DNA of 64,000 nucleotides, taken from positions 1 to 64,000 of the forward strand of contig JAQGDQ010000928.1 of NCBI GenBank assembly GCA_030141605.1. The letters are read 5' to 3'. Origin of the DNA: Tubiluchus corallicola (taxonomy: Eukaryota; Animalia; Priapulida). Below are positions 29,845-43,057 of this stretch, piece after piece. Each line of letters begins with the position of its first letter. Positions within the stretch are counted from its first letter, which is position 1. The translations under genes and the position numbers were made by a program. The notes under the pieces were generated by a model that ran no database searches, had not been told where the DNA came from, and saw only the letters and a program-made list of their open reading frames with translations.

Positions 29845-30197
29845 GTACATTGTTAATAAAACCTGTACGCTATATGCAGTGGCAGCTCGTAGCTAAAATT
29901 ACTGGGGTGCTGCTTCAGAAAATTTTTGGTCATTGTTTTAAAACTGTGTCAAACGAAACAAACATATGTGATTTTCATGTTGTAACTTGTAATTGTAATT
30001 TTAAACAAACAAACATGCGAAAATTTTTGCATAAACTTGGTAAAATCCTAAACACAAAATATTGTTTGCACTTACAAATAGTCTAAATTGTCACAGTTCA
30101 AGAATATGCCAGTACACGACTTTCAACACACACTGCGAGAGCAACAGTACTCTTTCTACCCAAAGAGCAGCATCGTATCTCAGACATGTTCGCATGG

Positions 30198-30927
30198 CCT
30201 CATGTGCTCAACAGCCACACACCATGTTGCTTGAGCTGTGAACGCTCTGTGCTGGGCTGTGAAGCAAACAGTACTACCCTCACATGCACAACAGCCACAC
30301 ACCATGTTGCTTGAGCTGTGAATGCACTGTGCTGGGCTGTCAAGCAAACAGTACTACCCTCATGTGCACAACAGCCACACACCATGTTGCTTGAGCTGTG
30401 AACGCTCTGTGCTGGGCTGTGAAGCAAACAGTACTACCCTCACGTGCACAACAGCCACACACCATGTTGCTTGAGCTGTGAACACACTGTGCTGGGCTGT
30501 GAAGCAAACAGTACTACCCTCACGTGCACAACAGCCACACACCATGTTGCTTGAGCTGTGAACGCACTGTGCTGGGCTGTCAAGCAAACAGTACTACCCT
30601 CACGTGCACAACAGCCACACACCATGTTGCTTGAGCTGTGAACGCTCTGTGCTGGGCTGTCAAGCAAACAGTACTACCCTCATGTGCACAACAGCCACAC
30701 ACCATGTTGCTTGAGCTGTGAACACACTGTGCTGGGCTGTCAAGCAAGCAGTACTACCCTCATGTGCACAACAGCCACACACCATGTTGCTTGACCTGTG
30801 AACACTCTGTGCTGGGCTGTCAAGCAAACAGTACTACCCTCATGTGCACAACAGCCACACACCATGTTGCTTGACCTGTGAACACACTATGCTGGGCTGT
30901 CAAGCAAACAGTACTACCCTCACGTGC
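30198..30927. repeat. 80-bp minisatellite, about 9 copies
   Basis: Unit CCTCACGTGCACAACAGCCACACACCATGTTGCTTGAGCTGTGAAC...CAGTACTAC. Confidence 0.97.
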
Positions 30928-31793
30928 TCTGGTTCCATACAAGTACAAAGAAAGAACTAAAGAAAAAAGACTTATTATATTGAATATTATAAATAATATT
31001 GAGTGAAAATAGGGGCTGCTGCAGTTCCACATACACGAGCCGCCAATGGTGTTATTATGCATAACATTCACAACAATGTTATGGGGAATTAAATGTTTAC
31101 TAAGCTTGTAACCATTTGTCACCTATAAGCCATTTGCTAGTCTTTAAATGCCTTTTAAAAATTTTGGCTTCAGTGTAGCTATGCTCTTGTTTGGAAAATG
31201 TTACACCTGATACCCACCTGAGAAAAATGTTTTGGTCAGGTGATGCATATTGTAAAAAAAAGTGAATGAAAAGGTGCAATATCAAATAGAACCTAGTAAA
31301 TAACTTGTTCATGTGATGCAGCGACTTGTTAACATCACAAATGCATATATATCACATTCAGAAGTTTGTATTTCCCTTGGAAAACAGCTACTAATGCGTG
31401 TGTTTCAACACACGTTTTTGTTTTTAAAGTATTGTACTTTCTTTTTTCAAACGTCTTGCATTCCTAAATTTGTACAATTTTGCTTTTAACTGTAGTAATA
31501 AGACAAACATAAACTGCACAAATCACCCTACCAAAGTATTCCTGACATCAAACTTATGAGTGTTACTGACAAACTTTCATTAAGAGCAAATTATGCGGTA
31601 AATTTCCTGTCTTTCGCCAAACTTACTAAATGGAGAGAATATAATGAACGACAGCACAAAGGTTTTATCTAATAAAAATGATCACTAACATTAGTGGCAT
31701 AGCTAGGGAGGCAGAGGGGGCAGTCTGTGCAATATGTGTAAATAATAGTTTGTCTTTGCTTTTAACGTTTCTGTGCAGCATACTTTTCAGTTA

Positions 31794-32603
31794 CCTTGAT
31801 AAATTGTCATGCCTAGACCTCAATAAATTATTATGCCTAGACCTTGATAAATTGTTATGCTTAGCCCTTGATACATTGATATGCACTAACTCTCGATAAA
31901 TTGCCATGCCTAGACCTCAATAAATTATTATGCCTAGACCTTGATAAATTGTCATGTCTAGACCTTGATAAATTGTTATGCCTAGCCCTTGATACATTGA
32001 TCATGCCTAGCTCTCGATAAATTGCCATGCCTGGACCTCAATAAATTATTATGCCTAGACCTTGATAAATTGTTATGCTTAGCCCTTGATACATTGATCA
32101 TGCCTAACTCTCGATAAATTGCCATGCCTAGACCTCAATAAATTATTATGCCTAGACCTTGATAAATTGTCATGTCTAGACCTTGATAAATTGTTATGCC
32201 TAGCCCTTGATACATTGATATGCCTAGCTCTCGATAAATTGCCATGCCATGGACCTCAATAAATTATTATGCTCTAGACCTTGATCACAATTGTTATGCT
32301 TAGCCCTTGATACATTGATATGCCTAACTCTCGATAAATTTTGCTACATCAGGAACCTAGACCACTCAATAACATTATGTATGCTGCTAGGTAAACCTTG
32401 ATAAATTGTCATGTCTAGACCTTGATAAATTGTACTATTGCCTAGTCCCTATGATACATGTGATATGCCTAGCTCTCGATAAATTGCCATGCCTGGACCT
32501 GCAATAAATTATTATGCCTAGACCTTGTATAGAATTGTTATGCTTAGCCCTTGATACATTGATATGCCTAACTCTCGAAATAAATTGCCATGCACTATGA
32601 CCT
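31794..32603. repeat. About 21-bp tandem repeat with higher-order structure
   Basis: Variants of CCTTGATAAATTGTTATGCCTAGA recur in ordered blocks; the distal part is indel-rich. Confidence 0.92.
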
Positions 32604-33208
32604 TATGCACTAATTTGGTTTGTAATAATAGCAAAATAGGAGTATTTCTTAAAGAATATTTTTGTTGATAACCAAACAATTAGCTAGTCTAGTTTAGTTA
32701 AAGAATTTTCAATAAGTTTACTTCAAGCTGTGAAAATGTCACATTTTACAACACATCAGTAAGAAAGTAAAAATATTCAAGACCAATGCTTGCAACTTAG
32801 AAGGTGGCTCCATCTGAGGAAAACCCATAATTTCATTAGCCTAGAGGCCCCAGAAGGTGTGATCCGGCCCTCACCATAAAGGAACAATTCGTCTTTTGTA
32901 TTTATATTACTTGAAACCATGAATGAATGTACTAACACTAGTAAACTAAACCTTACATACATGTACCCATGTTTACGCAACCTAACAGCAAATTTGCACT
33001 TTAGTCTTTTAGCTTATTTCTGTTTTGTCGTGGTGTGGTCATCTTCAAATTTAGTAATTTGCAAGAAAGTTTTGTAATATACTCTCCGTAAGTCCAGTTT
33101 TGACTTTTATTTCTTACACAAAATGAATCAAACTAGCCTCTTCCGTACAGCGTGTGTGTTTATGTAGCTAGCTTAGTAAACTCAATGATTATAATTCTTA
33201 TCCTTCAG

Positions 33209-34184
33209 GTCACCAACGAGATCAAGAACTGAAGAAATCAACGAGATAATCTCTCGAGCACAGATGCATGCCAATGAGTATTTAGCGTCATCAACTAGAC
33301 CGACTGAACAAGATGATCCATTTCGAAACCTCACTGCTTCTCGAGATTTCCAAGTGCCTAGCTTCTCATCTTCATTGAAGGCTCCACATAACACCCCAAT
33401 ACAACAGCTTAGTCAAGCAAGAGTTCACAACTCTAAAGTACTTGATCTTGAGTGTTCATTGAATATTCCTTCTAGCCTAGCTTTGCAACGGCCAAGTCAG
33501 TCAAGGGGTTATTCCATTTCTCGTGACTCTCAAGTGCCTAGTTTTGTATCTTCATTAAAAAGTTCTTCCAACGTACCCATGCAGCAGCCTAGCCAGTCAA
33601 GGGATTATTCAACTTCTCGGGATTCTCCAGTTCATGGCCTTGAATCTTCATTGAAAGGTCCTTCTAGCACACCCATCCAGCAGCCTAGCCAGTCAAAGGA
33701 TTATTCAACTTCTCGGGATTCTCAAGTTCATGGCCTTGAATCTTCATTGAAAGGTCCTTCTAGCACACCCATGCCACAGCCTAGCCAGTCAAGGGATTAT
33801 TCCACTTCTCAGGACTCTCAAGTACATGGTCTTGAATCTTCATTGAAAACCCCTTCTAGCACACCCATGCCACAGCCTAGTCAGTCAAGGGATTATTCCA
33901 CTTCTCAGGACTCTCAAGTACACGGTCTTGAATCTTCATTGAAAGGTCCTTCTAGCACACCCATGCAACAGCCTAGTCAGTCAAGGGATTATTCCCCTTC
34001 TCGTGATTCACGAGTGCCTAGTCATGTATCATCGTCAAAAACTTCTACTAATGTGCCGATGCAACAGCCTAGCCAGTCAAGGGATAATTCCCCTTCACGG
34101 GATTGTCCAGTGCATAGTCGTGTATCTTCGTTGAAAACTTCTTCTAAATCACCCGTGCAACAGCCTAGCCAGTCAAGAAATTAG
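33209..34184 (+). CDS. Coiled-coil gene terminal exon with Ser/Pro/Gln-rich 32-aa tandem repeats
   Basis: TCCTTCAG acceptor, phase 2; 325-codon open frame; 96-bp unit (SRDYSTSRDSQVHGLESSLKGPSSTPMPQPSQ); AATAAA at 34313. Confidence 0.85.
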
Positions 34185-34416
34185 TCCCCTTGCCTGAATG
34201 GATTGTAGTTTTCTGAACTTCTGACACATAATCCAAATGCCAAAAATGTAAATAGTGATATTTTTAATTTTGCTCAATGTATGCACGAAAGGTAATGAAA
34301 AGTTCAAATATGAATAAATGTCTTGTGTGTAATTTGAGTGTTGCTTTTGCCATTTATTTCTTATTAGCCTAACTGATCACCGATTATCATTTTGTTATAA
34401 TATTGCCATCATAACT

Positions 34417-34929
34417 GTTGGATCACGTGACATCAGCATTGGATCACGTGACATCAGTGTTGGATCACGTGACATCAGCATTGGATCACGTGACATCAGC
34501 ATTGGATCACGTGACATCAGTATTGGGTCACTTGACATCAGTATTGGGTCACGTGACATCAGTATTGGATCACGTGACATCAGCATTGGATCACGTGACA
34601 TCAGCATTGGATCACGTGACAGCATTGGATCACGTGACATCAGCTTGGATCACGAGGCATCAGTATTAGATCACGTGACATCAGTATTGGATCACGTGAC
34701 ATCAGCATTGGATCACGTGACATCAGTATTGGGTCACGTGACATCAGTATTAGATCACGTGACATCAGTATTGGGTCACTTGACATCAGTATTGGGTCAC
34801 GTGACATCAGTATTGGGTCACGTGACATCAGTATTGGATCACGTGACATCAGTATTGGATCACGTGACATCAGTATTGGGTCACGTGACATCAGTATTGG
34901 ATCACGTGACATCAGTATTGGGTCACGTG
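34417..34929. repeat. 21-bp tandem array, about 24 copies, nearly all containing TCACGTGAC
   Basis: Unit TTGGATCACGTGACATCAGTA/GCA. Confidence 0.97.
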
Positions 34930-36856
34930 GTCTTTTGTACAGTTTACGAACTATTGGCAAATTAAGAGCTGAGATTTTATAATTATTTGTCGTGAAAAAG
35001 CATTGCACTTTATTGCACAATTTCAGAACCATATTCAGAGAATGCTGTACTATAATAACAAACATAATTGCTCTTATAACATTTAATAGTTTAGATCTAA
35101 TGTCTTTCAACTCTTACATGCCTTGTTACTTTTGTTTTACTATTATCATATAAAGACAAGTAAATAATTTAAGGTAATAATTTGTAACAAGCGAGAAAAA
35201 GCGTCTAAAAAATGAGGTGAGCTGAAGCCACACTGTGACAAATGAGGTAGTGATACGACTATCCCCAAAATGTCCTGCAAGTCAAGTGTTTAGGGACTGA
35301 TCTTAAAAGTGAAGGAAAAGGGGAAGAATAATGTAAATAGGTATCTTAAAAAGTCAAACTGTACAAAAGGCAGAACAGCAAAATATTTAAAGTAAAGGAA
35401 ATTTGTCCCACGAATGTTGAAAGTATAAGAGAAAATCATAACAGCTGGCAAACCAAACAAAGTGGTGCTGTGAATTACATAGCATCCATTTCACAACTGG
35501 ATTTTGAAACTATCTAGATAATCTAAGATAACAAATTGGTATAATCTTCATCTCTGCTGATAATAGGACCATTTGTTTCATAAAGCGTCTCTCCTCGAGT
35601 ACTGTCAACTTTCAGTCATGTTTCTTCACTGAGTATTTTATTATTTATTTATTGACGATTTACAAGCCATACAAATAGAATTGCAGTTACAAGTTACAAA
35701 CATTACATAAACAATGCAATACATTACAATGAGGAAAAAACTACGCAGACAAAACCCCGCACGTGGGGTATAATCATCAACATGATACACAATAAAACAC
35801 AATAATAATAGTAAACGGTGTTTACAGTGGTAAAATATTATAATTATGTTATATTATGTTAACTTATTTTACAATGTTTAGTACACAACAAATTTTAGAA
35901 TTGCAATTACATGTTTCAACAAATTTATACTGTTGAACATAATTATATTAAAATGTATTATATTAAAATTACATTTTACAAAATGGTAACATACATTTAA
36001 AGTGAAGCGTTAGAATTATTGTATATAATGAAGATCTTACACTACTAAATAAAACAACAGGTATTATAACTGTGTCGTCCAGAATTGGAATGGTTCATTG
36101 TTTTCTATGTGTTTCCCTGCTTTGCAGTGCATTTCTAATATTTCCCACCCTGAAAATCACAAAAATCCCATGTTATGTACATAAAAACAATTCCATGGGC
36201 TTATATGGAAAACTTGTTTTTTTCAGCCAGCCAGTTTACAGAACACTGATACTAAACATTTCACATAGAGTAATAGGTTTAAATAGAATAGAAATTTATG
36301 TTTTACTTGGATGCATAAGAATTACACTTACAAGTAAAACGTGTGATAGATTTTGTACTTTAAACTAGTTTAAATAAGCTCAAAAAATCAGCAGAAGCTC
36401 TGAACTAAAAAAAGAAAAATTACCCAGATAAATGTTGATATCCATACCAGAATTTGTGTGCTATTATTAACTCTTAAAATGCGATATCTGCATTAACTAA
36501 AAAGTCACTAACATGTCTGTTGCTATTGGCAGCAGCTCCTGACCCACTCCGGTCATTTCTTTTTTTACTTCTGCCATCCAGTACAAGCTGTCTGGCACTC
36601 TATATGGACTGGATTCTGAATCTAAATCTGAAATCTATACGGTTGGGACAACTTTTTTCAACGTAACTGCAATAGTTTTTATATCCCACAAAACGGTAGA
36701 ATGTCAGAATGTGTATATAATTAAAGTCAAACTAAGCCCTCACTAAAAAAACCCTCAATGTCTGTTAGGGTTGTATAGACCTTTAAGTGGTTCTTACTGG
36801 AGTGCTTTTTTATAAACTCTATAGTAAAGTTTGCCTAGGTCTAACTTAGTCTATAC

Positions 36857-37066
36857 TTTCTCTGGATATGTGTTATACTTCCTGGTCCAAGCATCTAATA
36901 GTAAATTGCTGTATCTTTTTTTCTCAAAGTATTTTAAATATCTATGAGATACTAAGCTGGGAAAGATCCGTTCAAATCCTCCTCGTCTGTGATATTCATC
37001 TTCTGCTTCTACTAGTTCACGTACATCAGCTGATGTCAGGTCATCTAGAATATTTGAACTCACATC
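36857..37066 (-). pseudogene. TTLL4: TTLL4-like exon (post-catalytic region), isolated
   Basis: TTCGCAG acceptor, then DVSSNILDDLTSADVRELVEAEDEYHRRGGFERIFPS...RYLKYFEKKRYSNLLLDAW, resembling TTLL4 VLDVLTPDDVRILVEMEDEFSRRGQFERIFPS; frame open, but flanking exon-like segments contain stops. Confidence 0.75.
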
Positions 37067-37282
37067 CTGCGAATAAATGAAGAATTTTATTTTCTTTCAA
37101 GATATTGTTGATTCACGGCTTAAAAAGCCGGATGAATTTGGTATAAGTACTACAATTCAAAGCTAAACTGAACATACTGTTTCATCACATGTGTTAAGTA
37201 TAGTGTGTCATGTAATCATACTGCAGGCAATTGTCATGTCGTGCCAGTAATAAAGTAACAGGAAAAGTCACAATTGTGGCTA

Positions 37283-37790
37283 GAAAAAAATCACAGGAAA
37301 GCAGTCGCAATTAATTTATGGTGCCTGGTATTAGAATATTGAGAAAAAAGTCACAGGAAGGCAGTCGCAATTAATTTATGGTGCCTGGTATTAGAATATT
37401 GAGAAAAAAGTCACAGGAAGGCAGTCGCAATTAATTTATGGTGCCTGGTATTAGAATATTGAGAAAAAGTCACAAGAAAGCAGTCCCAATTAATTTATGG
37501 TGTCTGGCAATAAGATCACGAGAAAAAGTCACAGGAAAAAAGCCGCAATTAATTTATGGTGCCTGGTAATAAAATCAGGAGAAAAAAGTCACAGGAAATA
37601 AGTCACAGTTAATTTATGGTGCCTGGTAATAAGATCACGATACTAAACTCACAGCAAAGAAGTCAAATTATTTTACGGCGCCTGGTAATAAGAACACGAG
37701 ACTAAAGTCACAGGAAGTAAGTCACAATTATTTTATGGTGCCTGGTAATAAGATCACGAGAAAAATGTCACAAGAAAAAAAAGTCACAAT
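37283..37790. repeat. About 60-bp minisatellite, about 8 diverging copies
   Basis: Unit GAGAAAAAAGTCACAGGAAGGCAGTCGCAATTAATTTATGGTGCCTGGTATTAGAATATT. Confidence 0.9.
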
Positions 37791-39375
37791 TTTGGAAAGA
37801 AAGTCAGTTAGTCAAAGAAAAATGTCCAAGTCAGTAACAATATATTTAATTACAATAAACAAATAAAGTAGAAAATATTTTAAATCAGTTATTATTTGGC
37901 AATACATGACTTGTATATGTTGACAACAGTATTCTGTATGATGGCATTACATCATGTTTTGTTCAATATCTTAGACTTAGAGTTAAAATTATTTCTTTTT
38001 TCCTGCGAGTTTTCCATGATTTTTGTCTCAGTATCAATATACTTGCCATTGAATTGGTCTCTGAAGTCCTTGAAGTCCCTGAAAAGAGTAGGAGAAATAG
38101 CAGAGCCTACTAGTATAGTAGTTCTTTTTAGATTTTCATATAATCTGAGAAAAAGAATTGGCCAAGGTTTTGTTCATATATGCCAGTTTTCAAACTTTTT
38201 GTTTTGTTTGCTAAAACTATAGAAAATGTAAAGTGCATAGTGACTTACGAGACTGAGACTGTACCCAACGGTAATGTTACTGCCAGGTGCCAAGTACTTG
38301 AGTTGGTGTCGTCTTCGTGGTTAATTGTACGCTCACTTGATAAAAATGCTAATGTTTTCTAATGAACGGTCAGATCACGATCAGATCTGGTAGACTTGTA
38401 CAGAGATTTGGATTCTTTAGCTCGATTTTCGCCCTTTAGAGAGGGTACTTTTGTGAGTAACTCCCAAAAATTTCAAACTGCTGCTTCATCGCCATTTCTT
38501 TGTGAAATTGAACTGAAACTGAAATTAAGCTAAATTGCACAATATGACATGATAATAATAACAATTACGAAAACAGAGTAGATGTATTTAACTCAATATT
38601 AAAACGTAACGGTACTGCTTTACCATAACAGAGCTGTTGAAAAAAATCAAACAGACTAGAAGGAAATCCTGGAAAGGTGCTTCGATAAAGTTCTGGGGAC
38701 ATTTCTTTCTAGAATGGTCAACAAACCAGACTTATCGATTTGATTATGCTGTTTCCTGTGGAAAAGGTCAAAATGCAAACAAAACAAAATGGCTGGAAAG
38801 TTTTTGCACAAAATGCACAAATCAAAAGAAATTCAAAGAAAATTAATATTAGGAGACTATTATGGCATAACTTTTTTTCTACGCTAGCCTTTCTCTGATG
38901 TTTCATTAGCCTGTCCCTGGTAAAAATTTGCATAATTTGCATTTGCAGTAAAAAAATGAACGCTTTTGTTTTTCGTGTGGTGTAAGAGTAGCGTCTATCA
39001 GCGGCGGTGGCTCTAATACTGGTCCAATGAAGTCGCCAGGCGTAATGGATGAATTACTGAAACAGATTTAATTATGTAAATACAAGTACCGGAATTCTTC
39101 TTTGGACAGATCACTGACTGAAGTGCTTTGGCAGCTTTGTGGGTTATTGTGATAATGATGGGATATGTGAGAACACATTGAATTTCGAAAAATGCCACGT
39201 GATAGACCTACTAATACATGGTGAATGGACGAGATTAGTAATGGTATAAAATGGCGTTTTTCGGAGAAAATAACGGATAAGAAATAGATGAAATCGGTTT
39301 ATGTTGTTTTCAATGCACCCGTTTATACTCTACAAATGTGTTGTAGAGTAATACAATTTCATGTAAATGTTGTTG

Positions 39376-39406
<31 letters not shown>

Positions 39407-39693
39407 TGTTGCTGTTGCTGCCGCTGCTGCTGCCTTTGTACTTGTCGTGGTCGTTGTTGCAGCTGTTGTTGTTGTCATTGTAGTTACTTTTGTTTTTGTT
39501 GTGTAGGCAGATGCATAATTTTCGACTTACGATGTATCATAGATTACAAGATCTCGAAGTGCAAGTTTATTTATGTACAACAGTTAAAACACACAATGAC
39601 AAATCTACTATGTCCAGCAACTACTACTTTTGTGTAAAGCAAATAGTACATAGAATTGCGTAGGTAATTATGACCTTATTTGTTTGTATCAGA

Positions 39694-39830
39694 GGGTTTA
39701 GTCTAGTGAAAACGCGCCCGCTTTCTGCCAGGGAGGTCGTGAGTTCGATACAGCGGCCGAATCATATACAATCTCTAAAAATGGTGCCTGCTATTGCCCT
39801 GCCTGGCGTGGTGTTTATGGTAAAAGTGGG
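39694..39830 (+). mobile_element. tRNA-derived SINE fragment
   Basis: A-box-like TAGTCTAGTG and B-box GAGTTCGATAC at tRNA spacing, followed by a non-tRNA body (AAAATGGTGCCTGCTATTGCCCTGCCTGGCG); no closed acceptor stem. Confidence 0.6.
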
Positions 39831-41041
39831 TATCTCTGTTATGTAGCAGTAGTTTGTTATTTACAATCCGCCCAAAAACTCTTTAGAGCTCATGTTAATT
39901 GCTCATCCTAAAATCCGAGTTTAAATAAAAATTGTTGTTGTTGTTGTTGTTGCTGTTGCTGTTGCTGTTGTTGTTGTTGCTGTTGCTGCTGCTGTTGTTG
40001 TTGTTGTTATTATTTTTATAGGGAAGTTCAACAGTTCCAATTGGTGAACAGGCAGCATTAGTATGAAAACCAACGCATTTGCAACTGAATGTTTGCAGAA
40101 CTCTATTCCCATATTACGTCCACATGCCAGGTAAAGAATATAGTAGTGCTAAAAACTAAAACACTTGTAATAAGTGGTCCAACGTTGCAGTTTGTTAAAT
40201 GGTGGCAAGAAAGCGAGGCAAGACAAAAGTACCACCTGTGAGAAAAATGGCCATTTTGATGTCTGACGCTCTCGCAAACTGTTACCTGCAGATGGCGTGT
40301 GATCTTGACCTAAAACAGCTCAAGTGCTTTCATTTGCCAAACATGTTGTGGTACCCCAGGTCATCAACCATCAACCAACCACCCTCTCCCCCTCCCTATC
40401 AAATTATTTTTGTTGATGAAACTATAACGTGTGCAGTAGTAGGCCGAGGGTCCCCCAAAAATAGCAGTCAGTCTTTGGAATACAGCCCAACTCAAACTTA
40501 AATCATCAGCCAGCCCAAGAAGCTACAAAAAAGAAATTAAAAGATACTTTGCTAACAAATTATTCAAGACCAGCCTATAAAAACGATAAACTAATCAATC
40601 CTAGAGACTATCCTTTTATATTACCGGCAATTTAAAATATTAATTTTTTTATTTTACAATAAATTTTAGCAACTGACGATCTAAAACAAAAAACAATCAG
40701 CCAACTCAATCGAAATTAATTCTGTCATAGTCTTTAACCATGTAAAATTAAACGCATGCAAATATAAATGTGATTAAATTTATTTATAAATTTGCGTATT
40801 ATACGTAAACTTAAATTTAAAAGTATTTTTAACTGTATGTAAAAATTTCCGAATTGTAAACCTTTTAAAGTATTTTTCTATTTACTAATATCACTTCATC
40901 AATGTTTTTAATCATGTATAATTTACTAATGATCGGACACTATTGTAAAGCATCAGTTTAAAGACAGAACATACACATTATTTATATGTATTGTGATTTT
41001 GTTACTGTACATTTTGTGTATGTTTTATTACAATAAAGTAT

Positions 41042-41076
<35 letters not shown>

Positions 41077-41883
41077 TATATATATACGACATACCAAATA
41101 TCGTGGCTCACGCTCGAAAGCTTTTAAAGGAAAATACTAGCCAAAGAAATTTTAGCAGCGCCAATGACCAGTACGAGCAAATACTTTATGAAGATATAAA
41201 ACCTTATCGCTTAACTTTAACGTTCTTCGTGTCTTTCTCAGGGTTGTTAATATGTCAACGAGAGAATCACGTCTTAGTGATCTTAAAGTTGTCAGAGAAC
41301 ATCTTCTATCACCTGGTCTTAATGAACAAATCGCCATGAACATCGCCAATCAATTTCTAAAGTAAGTGTTTTACATTCCACTATGAAAAAGCATTTACAC
41401 TAGCAGAACATAACTATGCTACGTTCGGAAAACTTTCATCTTTAATTTCCATGCAATATGCAGATGATATTGCTTGTATATCAGCCGCCGTTTAGAGAAA
41501 TATGATCTTAACGTCAGCAATACAAAAATATCATATTCGAAGAGGAGTAAATGATGAAAAAGCAGAGAAGTGGGGTCCAAATAAACAAAACGGTTTCTCA
41601 AGCTCGAGATTATTAGGATTCGCGCTTTTATTATTTACTTCTGCGTAATCTACACAATACACATTTATCTCAGAAAATGATTTCATTTTATTATAATGTA
41701 GGGAGTAATTAGTTCAGCTGAATCAAGTTTTTCTGTAAATGCCAGAAAGACTTTTGAAGTCTTTGTCAGCTATTCATGTGTTTGGCAGCGAGCAGCCTTT
41801 CTTTGATATCACATGCGCTTATTGTCATTTCTGCCTTTACGAACGTCTTCTGTGGCCGTAGTTAATAAGCTATTGTAACAAGA

Positions 41884-42116
41884 ACAGTTGGGTTGCATTA
41901 CTGAGACGTTCAAACGCAACCGTGGATAATAGCATTAGCACAATTTAACTCCACATCAGATCAGGACCGCGCCACCTACAATATCTGCAACGGGACAAGA
42001 GCAGTTGGGTTGCATTATTGAGACGCTCAAACGCAACCGTGGATGATAACGTTAGCACAGTTTAACTCCACATCAGATCAGCACAGCGCCACCTACAATA
42101 TCTGCAACGGGACAAA
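41884..42116. repeat. About 116-bp tandem duplication (2 copies)
   Basis: CAGTTGGGTTGCATT...GCCACCTACAATATCTGCAACGGGACAA occurs twice. Confidence 0.9.
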
Positions 42117-42515
42117 ATCTGCAACGATTAAAATCCTCAGTAATCCGCAAAAAAACGAAAAAAACTTAACTGTCAATAAATTATATCTTGTTCTTTTGTG
42201 TTTAGCTGTTGCTGACTCCGCGAAATCCTTGAAAAGAAAAAAAATCCGCGTGTTAATCCGTTTTAGTAAATGTGTAACATTTACTCTTAATTTAAACTCT
42301 TAAACCCTGTTTCGCTTAAAGTTCGCAAAAATTCGTGGACTTCCGGAAAAAACTCCCGTGGACTTTGACTCCGCTAACATGTGATTAAGACTCAATTTCA
42401 GAAACATATTGTTATCAATCATAGTTGTTCTTTTGGTTGCGTTATCGAGACTCTATGACTCTAGAACAAATCAACTGAAGACTATAACTAATTTTTTACA
42501 CTAACAGTGTAGTCC

Positions 42516-42608
<93 letters not shown>

Positions 42609-42679
42609 TGTAGTGGTGGTGGTGGTGGTGGTGGTGGTGGCAGCGGCGGCAGCAGCAGCAGCAGTAGTATTAATATTAA

Positions 42680-42713
<34 letters not shown>

Positions 42714-42908
42714 TGTAGTAGTAGTAGCAGTAGTAGTAGTAGCAGTAGTAGTAGTAGTAGCAGTAGTAGTAGTAGTAGTAGCAGCAGCAGCAGCAGCAGC
42801 GGTAGTATTAATATTAGTAGTAGTAGTAGTAGTAGTAGCAGCAGTAGTAGTAGTAGTGGTAGTAGCAGTAGTAGTAGTAGTAGTAGTAGCAGCAGTAGTA
42901 GTAGTAGT

Positions 42909-42997
<89 letters not shown>

Positions 42998-43057
42998 CAG
43001 TAGTAGTAGTAGTAGCAGCAGTAGTAGTAGCAGCAGCAGCAGCAGCAGTAGTAGTAA
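42516..43057. repeat. (AGT/AGC/GGT)n compound trinucleotide microsatellite
   Basis: Direct inspection. Confidence 0.98.

Noticed and set aside
30200-30667. Three near-identical 75-aa ORFs
   Set aside because: Translations of the 80-bp tandem repeat.
34395-35110. Heptapeptide-repeat ORFs (MSRDPIL / LDHVTSV) on both strands
   Set aside because: By-product of a stop-free 21-bp minisatellite; no splice or start context and a frame break mid-array.
39694-39770. tRNA gene
   Set aside because: A and B boxes are present but the cloverleaf does not close and a SINE-like body follows.
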